From the NCBI GenBank assembly GCA_036867785.1, contig CP145415.1:744001-808000 (forward strand): a stretch of DNA of 64,000 nucleotides, written 5' to 3'. Below the pieces are notes generated by a model. The model was not told the DNA's origin, did not search any database, and saw only the letters and a list, made by a program, of their open reading frames with translations. How positions within the stretch are numbered: position 1 is the first letter of the stretch; the number at the start of each line of letters is the position of its first letter. Below are positions 1-14,112 of this stretch, in pieces. This DNA is from Plasmodiophora brassicae. Lineage: Eukaryota. A program made the position numbers and the translations under genes.

Positions 1-3000
1 GCTGGGTTCCTGCTGGGCTCGTTCCAGATTCGTACCCAATTTCAATCACTGTCAATGGACGTGACTACTTCGCAGGAGTGGCAAGTTCGTCCGTTTTCAC
101 GGCCGTACCACTAGCGCTAGCGACGTCACGGTCTGTTTCGACATCAACAATCAGCGGAAGTGGTTTCGTCGCACCGCTGCAATGCAAATTCGGCCAGTCG
201 TCGCCATGGCTCAATGCGTCGATCACGACGTCGGGAAGTATCGTTTGTCAGACAACTGTCCAGTGCGGGGCACTGCATCTTTCTGTCGATGGCGGTCTCA
301 CAACACTGACATCGGCAAGCGTCATCTCAGTTCCTTGTGGAACAGCAAACGGATCATCCCTCATCCTGTCGTTCCTGAATCCACCATCTGGTCCCATTAC
401 AGGTGGTACTCCAGTAACTGTACATGGCAGTGGATTTACAGACCTTCCCGATATCCCTGCATGTAGGTTTGGGGATGCCATCTCCAGTGCGGCAGTGCTC
501 TTATCTGACACCGAACTTCTCTGTGTTGCTCCTTCCGCTACCGTCGTCGGTCCAGTCCTCGTTGGCCTAGTAGCGGAATCCTTTGTTGTTCCCAAATCTC
601 TCACATATAACTTCACGATGTCGGCGCCTTATATATTATCAGTCGCTCCGAGTGCGTCTTCACCCTCTGGCGGAAGCGTTGTCACGTTCACCGGATCCAG
701 TTTTGCTGGCTCGGCACTCTGCATAATTAATGCAACAATCGCTGGACCTGCCACATTCGCATCAAGTTCACTGGTTGTTGGCATAGCTCCCGAGTTCCGA
801 ATCCCTGGACCTGCTAGTGTCGTTGTTGGTACTTCGTCGGCACTGCCCCTTTCGTCCTCGCATTCCTTCAATTACCGATCTCCAATGACGATATCGTCGG
901 TTGCTCCATTCGGTGGTTATGCTGGAACCATCGTAACAATTACTGGCACTGGCTTCAATGACAGCTCCGACCCAACTGTATGCCTGTTTGGGACTGCTGT
1001 AGCTACGACGTACGTTGTATCAGACACCCAGGTTACATGCGTTGCTCCTCACGATCCTTTACCTCCCGGTCGAATTTCGTTGACGTTGTCCTCGTCGATC
1101 CTGCCGGCATCATCTTGGCCGAACGCCACCTTCACGTACTTACAAAAGGCTAGCCTACTGTTCGTTGCCATCGTTCCACCCGTTTCGGTCCTTGCACACC
1201 AAGGGTTTGACATCATTGGGTCGTCTTTCGACGATGTTTTTCCAGTATTCGTCCGACTGGGCTCATCAACCATCACTCAGTGTAGCAGAACCTCCTCAAG
1301 TTCACTAACATGTGAGGCGCCAAACGGGGTGACAACGTATCCGTCGGGGGTCACCGTTAGTGTCGCCTTTGGTTCTTCGTTATCGACTGCGTTCATAACC
1401 ACGAGTCTTGTGTACGTGCGTTTGCCGAACCCGACCGTAACTGTCGTGACGCCTTCACTTGTACCGCTCCGTGGTGGATCCCAAATAACCGTGCTTGGAA
1501 GTGGTTTCTCGCCACGGCTTAACCTATCGTGCAGGTTCGTCCCAGATGGTGCATCACCCATACTTCCGGCGGTCGTTATCAACTCGACTGCGCTTTTGTG
1601 TGTCTCCCCTAGCGGCCTGCCATCGTTAACCAGCATCGCGGTTCGCGTCAGAGTTGATTATGCAACCGAATTCGGAGGCGGCGCTTCCTCGACCTTCACT
1701 GTATACGATGACCGGATTTCGCTGATTGTGCCAACAACGGGACCTTGGACTGGAGGCACAAACGTTCGCGTGTACTTGCGTTCGGTTCCTCCTCCAAGCG
1801 CGGTCGTTATCTGTCGCTTTACGGCTCCCGCAGCGGTTCTCTTATCAACTGCACCTTTACCCGTTCCTTTGACTTCAGTCGTTAATTGTCCGACTCCGAA
1901 TTTCCAGGGTCCTGTCAATGATACACTTTTATCGGTGTCTCTCAATGGCGGTCACGATTTCACGTCGACAGACGTCGCGACGTTCTCGTTCCAGAATCCG
2001 GTCGTTCTCGTATCGGCATCTCCAGCCAGAGCTCCTGCCAACATTGCCGTCTTTGGGTCAGGATTTCTGCCATCGCCTGGACTCTTGTGTTCTTTCGGAA
2101 ATGGTATCGTCAACGTCAGTGCGGTTTGGATTTCTTCAACCCACATCCAATGCCGGGCGCCGTCAATTGCTACGGCATCCTCAGCTGTGCAGCTAGCTGT
2201 GACTAACAATGGGCTGGACTACTCTCCGTCGACTCTTTCAATTGCTGTCGATTCAGTGAGCGCAACTGCGCTGTCTGTTACCCCGCCCCTAGGCCAAATT
2301 GGGTCAGTCGTTTCAGTCTATGGTAGTGGATTCTTGAACTCTACGAGCTTGGCCTGTTCGTTTGGTACGTCGACAGTCCGAGGATCTGCGACCTTTCATG
2401 TCGCCTGACCTTTGCGATACAGGTGGAGTCACAAGCCCGTCACTATATATTTCTTCGACCAGCGCGTCTTGTCAAGTTCCTGCCGCCACGGGGCAGTTTG
2501 CACCAGGGCTAACTGATACAACTGTTATCGTCAAGGTCAGCAACAATGGTCAGGACTACGCTGGATCGGCATCGTTTCTGTTTGGTACGCGTCTCTCGCT
2601 TGCTTTGGTTGCTAGCTTCGTAATAGTCTCACAGAGCAAGGCACTGCTCCATATCCTGTTGCAATAACACCAACGTCTGGCGAAACCACAGGCGGAACAT
2701 GGATTACGATCACCGGACGAAACATTCATTCGTCTTTCTCGCTGTGCGCCTGCCTTTTCGATGAGAGGTTAGCGTCAGCCCCAGGTGTCTGTATGTCTTC
2801 CACATCCATGAAGTGCCAAACGCCATCGTCAGTACTTGTTTCTTCGATGCGCCGACATGTTCTGACACTGCACAGGTTCCCGTCTGCGGCAAATGTTACT
2901 GTCCGGATCACAGACAATAACGGCACTGATTGGTCATTGCCAACGGTAATGTACCGGTTTACGCCTTCAGCAACACCAGCCGTGATAGGGTCTCCATCGT

Positions 3001-6000
3001 CGTTATCGATGAGCCCAGTCGCTGTTCTTGGCGCAACGCCTAGTCTTGGTTCTGTTTCTGGCGGCACCCGTGTGCATTTGTTTGGAACAGGATTCGAGAA
3101 CTCCGCCATGCTTACCTGTTTCTTCGGTACCTTGCTGTCATCTCCAGCGACTTTCATATCCAGCACTTCAGCGGATTGTTTGACGCCTGCTGCTGGGTCT
3201 CCAGGGACTGTGAAGCTGATGATCAGCAACAACGGTTAGTTCAAACGCGATATCGTTATATTGTCGTCCTCAGCGAATATAACTGCATAGGAATGGACCT
3301 GAGTGCGAATTATACGTTTTCCTTCTATGCTGCACCGACTATAACATCGGTGTCACCGCTCTTGGGTCCGGCGTTCGGAAGCACAACTGTTACGTTCATT
3401 GGTTCGAACTTCGTAAACACTGGGTCGACGTTAACCTGCAGATTCGGGACAACGCTGGTTCCTGCAGTATGGGTTTCTTCCACCCAAATACTTTGCAAGT
3501 CGCCTGCAGCCACGAGTAAGGCATCGCATTTCATCGTCGGTATACCCATTCTGATCAGAAACAGTGGGGACGGTTTCAGTTTCAGCTCGCATCAACGCTG
3601 CTGATGACATTCCTGGAAGTGCAATCAACTTCCGCTTTGTCAATTCAATCGTGCTATCTTCGGTGTCTCCCAATATGGTCCCGACAGTCGGCGGCATTAC
3701 CATCACCGTGCTGGGTGCGGGCTTCGTTTCACATCCGCTCCTGCAGTGCATCTTCTGCTCAGCTGTCCGATCGGTGGCCACCTTCATTAGCAGTCAGCAA
3801 ATTCAGTGTCCTCTGCCAAATCTGCTTCCAGGGGTGTGCTCGGTCGAGGTATCATATAACGATGAGCAATTCTCCAGTTCGGATGTCAAACTCAAGGTCA
3901 ACGTAACGTTTCCATCCAAAGGTTTCTTCTGACTGGCTCCCCTGCAGGTATTTTCCGACACCGTTTCGTGGTTTGCTCCCAAGGTTGCCCCATTATCCGG
4001 AGGCACCGTGGTTTCAGTATCTGGAAGTTTGTTTGTCGACAACCAACAATTGCAATGTCTTTTCGGGAGCACTGCGGTACCCGCTAGATTCATCGTAAGA
4101 ACGGGTATGCATAACTTTGTGCCCTGCCTCACGTTCTGTCAGTCCAATTCATCGATATCATGCAATACGCCACCGCTAGCGCCAAGCACTGTTCCGTTTG
4201 CCGTTTCGCAAAATTCAGGTGCAAGCTGGACTCCATCGTCCTATGGAACGTTTACTTTCAGGGCTGCACCGGTGATAACTTCCGTCAGTCCACTGAGTGG
4301 TAAATGTTGCAACGTGGCCACATCCAGCTGCATTCCTCATACGATTCTTGTAGGGCTTCCTGGTACAGTCATTACTATTGATGGGCAGAACTTTGTGCCC
4401 GGCTCGGACCTCTTTGTTCAACTTGTTTCACGGAGCGGTCTGCTGGGACAGTCTCAACCCGCATATCCACTGCTCTCATGTTCCGTTACTATCGTATCCA
4501 CTGAAGTGCAGTGTTTTGTTTCGCCGAGCACCGTTTCGGGAGTGTACACGGTACAGATAAGCAACGATGGCGGCTACCAATGGACATCAAGTGGCCAGGC
4601 ATTTACGCGTTCTGTATGGTCTTTCCTCTTACGGTACGTACAATGCTAAATCTAACAGAATGTCTTAGGTGAGCGCTCGAGGCACAACCGTACTACAAGG
4701 TACGCCGGCAACAGTTGCCCAATGTCCCAGTGGAGACTGGTGCCCGATCGCCGATATGGGGACCTCTTTCCCTTGCCCTCCTGGAACATATTCGTCGTCA
4801 GGCCAGATCCAATGCACTGTCTGTCCTCGCGGCTCCTTCTGTCCAGGATTTGGATCCACTGTTCCTGTCCCTTGTACAGCCGGTGCGTAACCTATGAGGT
4901 GCATTGCTGGACGGATACTCATAACAGCACGGTCTCAGGCTTCGTCTGCGGTGACGTGGGTTTGGATCGCCCTACTCAGCCTTGCCCACGGGGCTACTGG
5001 TGTCCCGCAGGTACCAGCGTCGACGTCAAGGTGAATTTAACGGGGGCACGTGTTTGCCATGACTCCTTTCACTGAGCGTTACGACACAGGTCTACGCTCA
5101 CCAGAAGTCTTTGGCAGCTGCCAATTTTGGTGTTAGTTTTGTGAATGGATTCTTCCAGCAACTCATGTATATTGAAAACGGCACCGCCATGTACGCTAAC
5201 CTTTCTGCTACGGTGTCAGGTAGGACCGTTGTTACGCATTTGATGACTCCCATTCATGTCAACACAGGGGTTGGCCTAAAACTGGATTGGTTCAACGGTA
5301 GTGACATTGAGTTATACTCCTACAATGTGACATCCGGTGTCCGAAACCTCATCTACGATTTCAGCCCATCTGGCAACTCAAATGTTCAGCTGTGGAGTGG
5401 TATCGGTCCAGGTCGCGTCCTGTTCACTGCCGTCAGTGGGGCGTCGTCCAGAGCTTTGTATTCAGCAAAAACCGCGACGAATAGCCAGATCCTTCTTCAT
5501 CCTGGCTTGCCCATATCAGCATCAGTTAGCACTTTCTGGGCGATCTACAATGGATTTGCCATTTATCAAGTGTAAGTTGGCGCATGGTCAAAATATTCCC
5601 TGGCCGCCATTAATTAATGGCACAACAGTGGCAATAACATCTACAAAACCGATGGGCTGACACCATCAACGCTTGTCCACTCTCTTGCAACTGCTGCGAC
5701 GTACCTTTGCCTGTTTCGTGGAAGCTTTTACTTTGCTTCTTCTTCGACATTCTACAAATCAGATGGTTCAACTATAACAACTGTAGGGTCCCTTGGGTCT
5801 AACCCAGTCTACGTCGGTTCGCTATATGCCAGGACAATGCTCTTTGTCACCGACGGTACATGGCACTGGTAATGTACTGCACTTCCACTCCTAATTCGTT
5901 TGCAGGGAACTTCGCGAATGGTTCTTCTGTTTCGAGATCTCGTATATGGACCAGCTCTGGGTCCACAACGTCTTTGCTTATCGACGTCGGCCAAACCGAC

Positions 6001-9000
6001 GGTTCCTACATGCTAAATTACATTGCGGAGAGGAAGGTTCCTGCCATGCCAGGCAAGGAGTAGCGTTCTGTTGATTCTATCGTCTGTAATCATGTAATTA
6101 TGTTCTTATAGTGTCTGACGGCGGGTTAATCCACCTATTGTACCTTTCTGGATTTAACTCAGTTAACCAGTCGATAGCGATGTGGGAAATCGGACCTTCA
6201 TCGGTAATGAGGGTTCATAGCTTCCCACAACCTTGCCCAGCTGGCTACTACTGCGGCTCTGGAGTTTCTATGGTATGTGATATATGTCCACCTATTTAGC
6301 AATGTCTTAATTATTGAACAGGGTACTCCTAATACGACCTTTGGGGATGGTGTTTCCTCCAGTGGACCATCCTACCTTGACAGGACGCAGATCGCCCAAA
6401 GATATCCCGTTATTTGTCGATCAGGTTTCTGGTGCGGCGTTGCTTCTGAATCTGGACAAGGTTACTTGGCTGATGTATCTCAGCGTTCCCTCTGACTCGA
6501 GCCTTCCAGGTGATGGCTCCTGCCCTACCGGTTACTATTGTCCAGATGGAGTTCCAGTTATCTGCCCTGTCGGAACATACTGTCCTGGTAATCATGGCTG
6601 GACACACCGCAGAACGACAGCATGACGTTAGATCCGTAGGAACGGGGAATTCGTATCCGATCCCTTGTCAACGAGGAACTTTCAATGTGCTCACTGGACA
6701 ATCAATTTGTCGGTATTGTCCATTTGGAATGGTACGAAACCGATGACTTAGTCGAACTTCTATGACATTGAGTCGATATACCGTATCAGATCTGCCCAGA
6801 TCCAGCGCAGGCGCCTCTTGTTTGTCCAGCCGGTTTTGTGTGCAATACGCTTCGACGCGCGACGCCCCCACATCGGTGCCCTCCTTGTTATTTCTGCAAT
6901 TCAGGTTGACATGTAGTCAGGTGCACATGTTGACCCAAAACGTGCTCACATGCCGATTTTCCAGGAACACAAGCAATGCCCAACGATACGTCGACTTTGC
7001 AGAAACCAATTCCTTGTCCGCAAGGATATTACTGTGTTGAAGGAACCGCCACGTCTGTACCTCAACTGTACAACTTTTCCACTCCCCAGCTCTGTGCCGA
7101 AGGTTTGTGCAAATGCTGACCTCGCATTCCCTTCTTCTGATGTGATGACACATTCAGGATGGTACTGTCAAACTGGAAGCTGTTCACCCTATGGGACGGC
7201 AATTTGCCCACCTGGAGAGCACTGTCCTGCAGGGTCATACCAGCCGTCCTTGCCTGGATGTCCGTTACGTTGATGCGCCTGTATTTGCTTATTTTCTGAC
7301 GGACACGGAACAGACGGATATTACGCCAGACAAGCTGGCGAACCCGTCGCATCGCCGTGTCCGCCCGGCTATTACTCGAATATTACCAACAGTTACGGTT
7401 GCTGGGTATGCCCAGCTGGTTACTCTTGTGGCTATGATGCAACCACTCAGCCATTAATATGCCCTCCTGTAAGCAGCGACTCTATAATCGAGGGTCTTGG
7501 TTGTTCAGTGTTGTCGCGTAGGGCACATACAGAGACGATTCAACCAACGAACGCTTTTGTCTGTCGTGTCCGGAAGGACGCTGGGGTGACCGAGTTGGCC
7601 AAACGTCTGTCGATGATTGCTACGTTTGCTACGCTGGATGGGTTTGCGGGACAGAAGGTTAGGCGTCGCGCGGCGATTCATATTCTGTGGCATACACTGA
7701 ACTTTAAACTATAGGCCGCACGAAGCCACCGCAGTTGGACCTGAATCTTCAGTGTCCCCCTGGCAATGTGTGTCCCAACGGCACCACACAGGAAATGTCG
7801 CAGGTATTGCTTTCATGGTCTCGCTCTATGTTGTCACTTACCGATGGTGGCAGCAATTCCCGTGCCCTGGGGGCTACTACTGTCCTGCAGGTTCTTTGCA
7901 GGTTCACATGACATTGCCAATACGGAACTCACCCATTTCTTTGTTAGGAACAACACCTGCCACACAGTACATGCATGTCTGTCCAGAGGGCTACTATTGC
8001 GTCAATGGCACATCGGCTGTAACATACCTGCAATTCCCCTGCGAAGCAGGCTACTACTGCCCTCCAGGGCTTTGGACTCCGCCGTCAACTCTTGGCTCGC
8101 GCTATGCTTGTCCACGTAAGTAGCGTTTAGTTCTTGGTGTTTACCGATTTCCTGCTTAGCATTATTCAGGCGGCACAACGTCGCCAGTTGGCGCCAAAGA
8201 CATGAATTCCTGCGCGAAGAACTGTTTCTCTCTGGACACGTGCGAAGTCATCGACTCGGTGTATCCAGTTGTGAACCTGACAATCGTTGATGTACAACCC
8301 TTGGAAATGGCTATCATGCACATCGACTGGACCCGCAAACCACTGTCAGTAGAAGCGGCCACTTGTTCCTTATGATCAGAATTCACTTACACGCCTGTTT
8401 TCAGAATCGGGTTTGACGCCGAATTCGTTCTCTCCCTTCGTCTGAACGGGAATCCCAGCCGAATGATGCTCCCAAGTTGGTTCTGGAACGACACGGCCGA
8501 CCCGATGAAACAGATGAAGTTCGACCTGTACATCTTCGCTGTTCTGCCTGCACAGGTCAATGTGACGGTCGAAGTAAGCCCCCAGCAGAGTTGCATTTCT
8601 GCCGCTTCGCTCATATACGCTTCACAGTTATTCAACGAGTTCTACATGAGCGAAATGGACAAGTTCAAGAATACGATCACAGTTAGCACATTTCGCCCTA
8701 AGCGATCAAACACTGATCCTCTCGAAGAGTCGTTCGACTTTGCGTTCTACGCCTTCTACCAAGAAGTAATGCCGATGTGTTGCCTTGCGGGAGCAGTAGC
8801 TGACCCTGGATGGTACAGAAAGTCGCAAATGACTTGGGACTTGTGTTGCCTTTGAACCTGCCTAATGCTAACAACACCTACGTGTTCCTGGACGTCGGGG
8901 TCAATGAGACGTCGTACTCGAACTTTGCCCAGATTAAACCGCCACTGGACTCGGTGACACCGTCGCCGACCTATTTCAACGATGGACCCGGAGGAGATCC

Positions 9001-12000
9001 TGCTCGTGGGATCATTCCATTACCATACTTCCCTTTCTTCACAGCCTGCAAACGGTTTGAATTCTCTGTAGCTGATTCGTCAACTACTGGTAACACTTTT
9101 GAAGGTTCTCCCAGCACATTCCCGTCGAGTTCGCAATATCAGATCCAGCATCTTGCACGTTTGCCGACCCTGTTGTTCCAGTCGGCGATTTCCAAGTCGG
9201 GTTTGCTGGCAGCAGCGACCGGTGCAATTTCGTGACGACGTGTGCCATTGAAGAAGAGCTGGATGTCATTGCGCCTCAGGTGCGATGGTTCGAATTACCA
9301 TCGGATTCCATAATGTTCTTTCTCAGTCAAGGTTTGTGTGCCGCGGACGAGGTCCCAGCGTTCGTTTGACATGTCGTCGTAGATCCTCAATCGAATGTGG
9401 AGTTTTTCAAAGGCTGGCAATACTACGAGGCACTGATTGGATCCGACTCGATGATCCCAGTCACTGTGAAAAGCGATATGCCACAAGATGGGAACATCTA
9501 CACACCAACGTACGTATCAGGGGCAGTCCTCCGACATTTGAGTCTGAATGTTGGCAGGTACGTTGGGCTACAACTGCAATATTTCCAACGCACCGCGACG
9601 ACGCGCCGGCTTATTCTCGCATCGGTCAACCTGACGGGCTGGGTCCAAGTGCCTCAGTACGTCTTGGATGAAGCCGTGTTGGGGAACCTATCCACAGGTT
9701 ACACACCGACTTACACTCTCGAAATTACCTGGGCACCTATGAGTAAGCTTTAGTTCCATGTGATTGTGAAGTCACCAACCTCGATGTGTATAGTTTGGTT
9801 CGACCTGATGAACTCGTTCGCATTTGGGCTTCAACTCTATGCTGTTGTGTTCTGCGTTGTCGGCCTTATGGGATTCTCTTCAGTCTTCACTCTCTTCCTC
9901 ATCAACCGCATCATCATCCATCATAGAACGCCACCGGCCTTCAAATTCTTCCAGTACTTTGAGATCGTCATTCCCTCTCCTGTGCTTGGGGGCATATGCA
10001 TATATGGGCCAGTGGTCACTCTTGCTGCCTTCGTGTAAGTACAGGATCAATGTATGGGCTTTTGTCATTGACTTCGGCGTCAGGTACATATTCTTCAACG
10101 TCCTATATCCGTTCTCATCAGTCACCGGCGCGTACCTTGACTTAACAACTCTGACTCAAACGACCGTCGACCTGTATCGCACTGGTCGTTTATCCATTAT
10201 GATAATGACGGTGGCGTACTGCATCCTGATACAAGGTCTTATCACAAGCAGTAATTTTGGAATATCACTGACACATTGTTCTAAGGTGCTCGGATGATTG
10301 TCACCAAACATCGTGAGCGGGGGAGTTTGAAGTCAACGTTCTGGAACCCTACTCAATGGCGACGAATCCAGCTGGTGTTCATGGCAACGCTTTTGACACT
10401 TGGCCTGACGTACATAATGGAATTTTCCTACACATCGTACTTCGCGTCATATACGTACGGTTTCGTTGTTGTATACAAAGGTAAGAAGGCACCATGGAGT
10501 AAAGCGGCGAACTCACGTGCAACGCAGTTATGTCGATCTTCCTTGAGACGGTTCTGACCAATACGGTTGGTGATCTCATGCTTGTGTCTCCGCTAATGGT
10601 CATATTTGCGCCGTAACGTTGTTTGCATCCGCACTCTGAATGCGAATCTTAGGTGACGGTGAACATTGTCCAATTCCTTATCACTGTTGGTGCTGCGGAC
10701 ATCTTCAGTTTCGTCCTATCCTACTTTGTCGACATTGCCTTCCTGGTATTACCAGCACGACGGTTCCTTTGAGTGGTTTCCTAATGTCGTTGCAAAGTGC
10801 GGCGAGCGAGTATACATCAACCCGTTTATAAATTGGGCAAAGGAAATGTTCCCCATCCTGCAAGCGAAGTTCAAAGCTAAGGCTCTTAAGCGCGGCGATA
10901 AAGAAGCAGCTGCGGCCATCTTGGAGAAGAAGGTTTCGTTTTGTGGTTGGCTTTGCCGTAATGCCATTCTGAATCTTTTGGCTAGATCCACCTGATGCTT
11001 GAAGAGATTGATTCCGCCACTGTCGAACCCATGCTCGACGCTTATAACACTTATGCGAACGACACGATCGGTCTAATATTGTCGCCGATGACATTGTTAT
11101 TCGTTATGTTCTGGAACAAAGAAACGCAAATCCCGTTCAATTATGGCATTACGTCCGGGGACCTTCGAATCTACCTCATTTACTCAATCGTTATCATCAT
11201 CTTCCAATTCGGTACCTTGACCACGTATATCTGACGTTTCAACAGTCAACTCATATAGTGTTAGGAATCGACGTGGTCGTCCTAAACCTGCAAGAACTGT
11301 TCCATACGTGGCCTATATTCGACTATGCCGAATTTTCTCGGTACCTTAGCTGCTAGGCACAGGTCTTATGCCTGCTAAGGATCGTTTTAGATATCGATTC
11401 CGCATTCGAAAAGAGAGGTGGCGTCCAGACGAAACGGAAATGGACTCTACTTTGAAGCCAGACCTCCAGCTCATGGACCATTTGTGCTTCTCGTCCCAGT
11501 TTTACTTCATAGCCGGGTTCAACTCTCTTGGCATCGTCCTGCTGATAATCGGTAGTACATGAATCGGAACCATGGTGTACATGTCACAGACTGGCACCTG
11601 TAGGGATGACAATCATGCTTCGGCAGGGTTACGTTCTCTTCTCCGACAGTCTGTTTCCTGTTGTTATTGGGTACTCAATATTCACATGCTATATCTTCCG
11701 CGAGTTGTTCTGCCTATTTGGCGACTGGATCCAGGTGGGAACCATATCGATGGGCTGCTTCAAGTCCGTTCACAACGTTTTGTCCTAGTTATGGTACCTT
11801 CCCAAGAAAGAGGAAGGCGAAGCGGACGAGATGTCGGAACTAAGCGAATACGAGGAGAAGTATGAGCTGAGGAGCAACATCACGTCGGAGGCTGTTCGGA
11901 TGAAATTCTTGAAGCACAACAAACTCTGGCTCCTTCACCATCTCACATCAGTTCTAACTCCAAGGTCAGACAATTATCACGTGTGCGTATGGTCAGAGGA

Positions 12001-14041
12001 TAACGTATGGATTCTAGATCAATCGAGAGAAACCGCCCTTACCTAATCAACCAATACGAGACCCTCATCCACCAGCAAGCGGACGGCCACTTCGATAACG
12101 TCAATGATGTTTCTTCTGACAGCGAGGCCTTCCATTCGGATGAGGAAAAGAAGCAAGAGGTATCAGTGTTTTCCGGTTGTATCCCGTTTCATAACACGAG
12201 TGATGCAGGTATACCTCGGCGATCGCTCTGAAGCTGCGAGGTCTATCAGCGAATGGTGGCTCGCAAGATCTCGCAAGCATCTACGACTGCGGGCGTTGGT
12301 TTCCGGGGTCACATTCGGCGCCCGGAAAGGTATAGAAGCATTTGACCGGAGCCACATAGCCGGATGCTCAGACTCCGAATCATAGGAGCTTGTGAACAGT
12401 GTGGCACGGTGATGAACCTGTCCGTCGAGCAGCTGATTCGATTCATGGACCTCGTCGACAAGTTCGATAAGCTGAAGTTGAATCCTGAATTCATGAAGGA
12501 GTTCAACGAGAATGAGAAATGGCGAAACTTCTACAGAGAAAACCAAGTCGGCGGCCCGTCTTCTTCTAGTCGTAATCGTCGTACTTACGTTTGCTCTGCA
12601 GGTGTTCAGAACCCGCTGCCGGAACTGTATTATTCGCACAAATGGGGTCTGTTGCACGTTATCCATTGTATGCTACGTTGCTAACCATGTCGTAGCCTCC
12701 GGCCAGTAAGGCTCAAACTCCAGCAGCGTCTCGACGTCCTTCTGCTGCTCCATCGAAGACGATTTCACGACAGGCGTCTACGTCGCGTGACTCTAGGTAA
12801 CATCGTTGCTGTCTTCCGGGATTTCTCAGAATCTTGCCTGACCGCAGATGGTCACAGGCGTGCGAAAACTGATTCGGCTGAGCCTCCTAAGCCCACTTCC
12901 ACCGAAGGAACGGCTTCTACACCGACGCCAGGGGATTCGGTCCTACAGTCTCTTCCTCCGATCGTCAGTGACGATGTATACGTTCGGGTCACCTTTCATG
13001 TGCTTACCATGATTTCGACAGGCTTCACCAAGGCCGCAACTTCGTCGGCTTCCCAGTGCATCAGGGTCGGGGAGGGCGGAACCCCACCGAGAGCCAGCCA
13101 TACCGCCAGCCTCGGCAGAGGCATCACCAGCAACGCAGCTGCCTTCACGTTCAAGTGTCGTAGAATCAACCGGCGCTGAGGTTCCGTCCGAATCTGCCCT
13201 ACCGCCCATTGCGGCACCCCGATCACCACGAGAACAAGAAGGGCAAACTCCCGGCAGGCTCCCAACGATCGTGGTCCCAGTTGTCCCAGAGTCCCCGTCC
13301 CTAGTCGCTGCGCCCGCTGAAGTGCCTCCGCCTGCCTCTCCACTGACGCTGGGTGATGACGTACCGCCATCGGTACCGCTTTCTGTCGAGCTGGTTGCAC
13401 CAGTTCGCGCACGAGTAGAGACGAAGCAGGTAGATTCCATCGTTGGGCAAAGCCCTAGAAGCAGGGTCGATGATTCAGCCCTGGAAGTCAAGGATCCGAT
13501 CCGTAAGCTTGCTCCGCTTGGTGCTCCCGTTGCTCCTGCCGGCGCTCGGAGGGCCGGGTTGCCGCCTCTTGCTTCGCCCGAGAAGCCAAATGTGCTGCGG
13601 GCACCGTCGACTGAGAAACCGAGCTTATCACGGACGACTTCCACAGAGAAGCCAGGGTTGTCGCGCCCGGCTTCGATCAGTCCATCGTTATCGCGGCCAA
13701 CGTCTCGTCCATCGGCGACGCCTGTCGTGCTTCCCGCGCGTGGCGATATTTCGTCCGATTCAGAAGACGACCAGATCCCTCTGGAGGCGCCGCCATCAGA
13801 GCCGATTGCTCAACGGCTGCCCAAGGGCGGGCCGGCGAAGAAACTGGCGCCCGTGAAGCCTCCCGTCAAGGCCAAGAAGGTCGACGACGACGATGACGAT
13901 AAGGTCGACGTCAAGCAGGAGCGTAAAGATGACCGCAAGAAGTTCAAGGACATGCGGCAGAAGAAGCGCCTGCCTCCCGTCAAGAAACCGGGTCCCGTTC
14001 GACACGACCTATCCAGCGATGAAGAAGATGCCAAAGACTAG
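1..14041 (+). CDS. Giant multi-exon membrane protein, 5'-truncated by the window: many IPT/TIG repeats, GCC2/GCC3-type (ephrin-receptor-like) Cys-rich repeats, multipass TM region, split CxxC..CxxC motif, Pro/Lys/acidic tail
   Basis: Repeated 'P..GP..GGT.VTV.GSGF....CRFG' IPT units at 78-4600; 'CPxGxYCPxG' repeats at 4700-8150; hydrophobic helices at 9790-11750; CEQC (~12390) and CRNC (~12617); last ORF 13271-14041. Consecutive + strand ORFs are separated by short GT..AG gaps. Exact exon structure not fully resolved and could be more than one gene. Confidence 0.75.
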
Positions 14042-14112
14042 GCTGTCTTTAGCGTATCTCTAAGCAAGTAATAATAATGCCGTTGTTTCCAAATCGATGA
14101 TAGAGACGTCGT

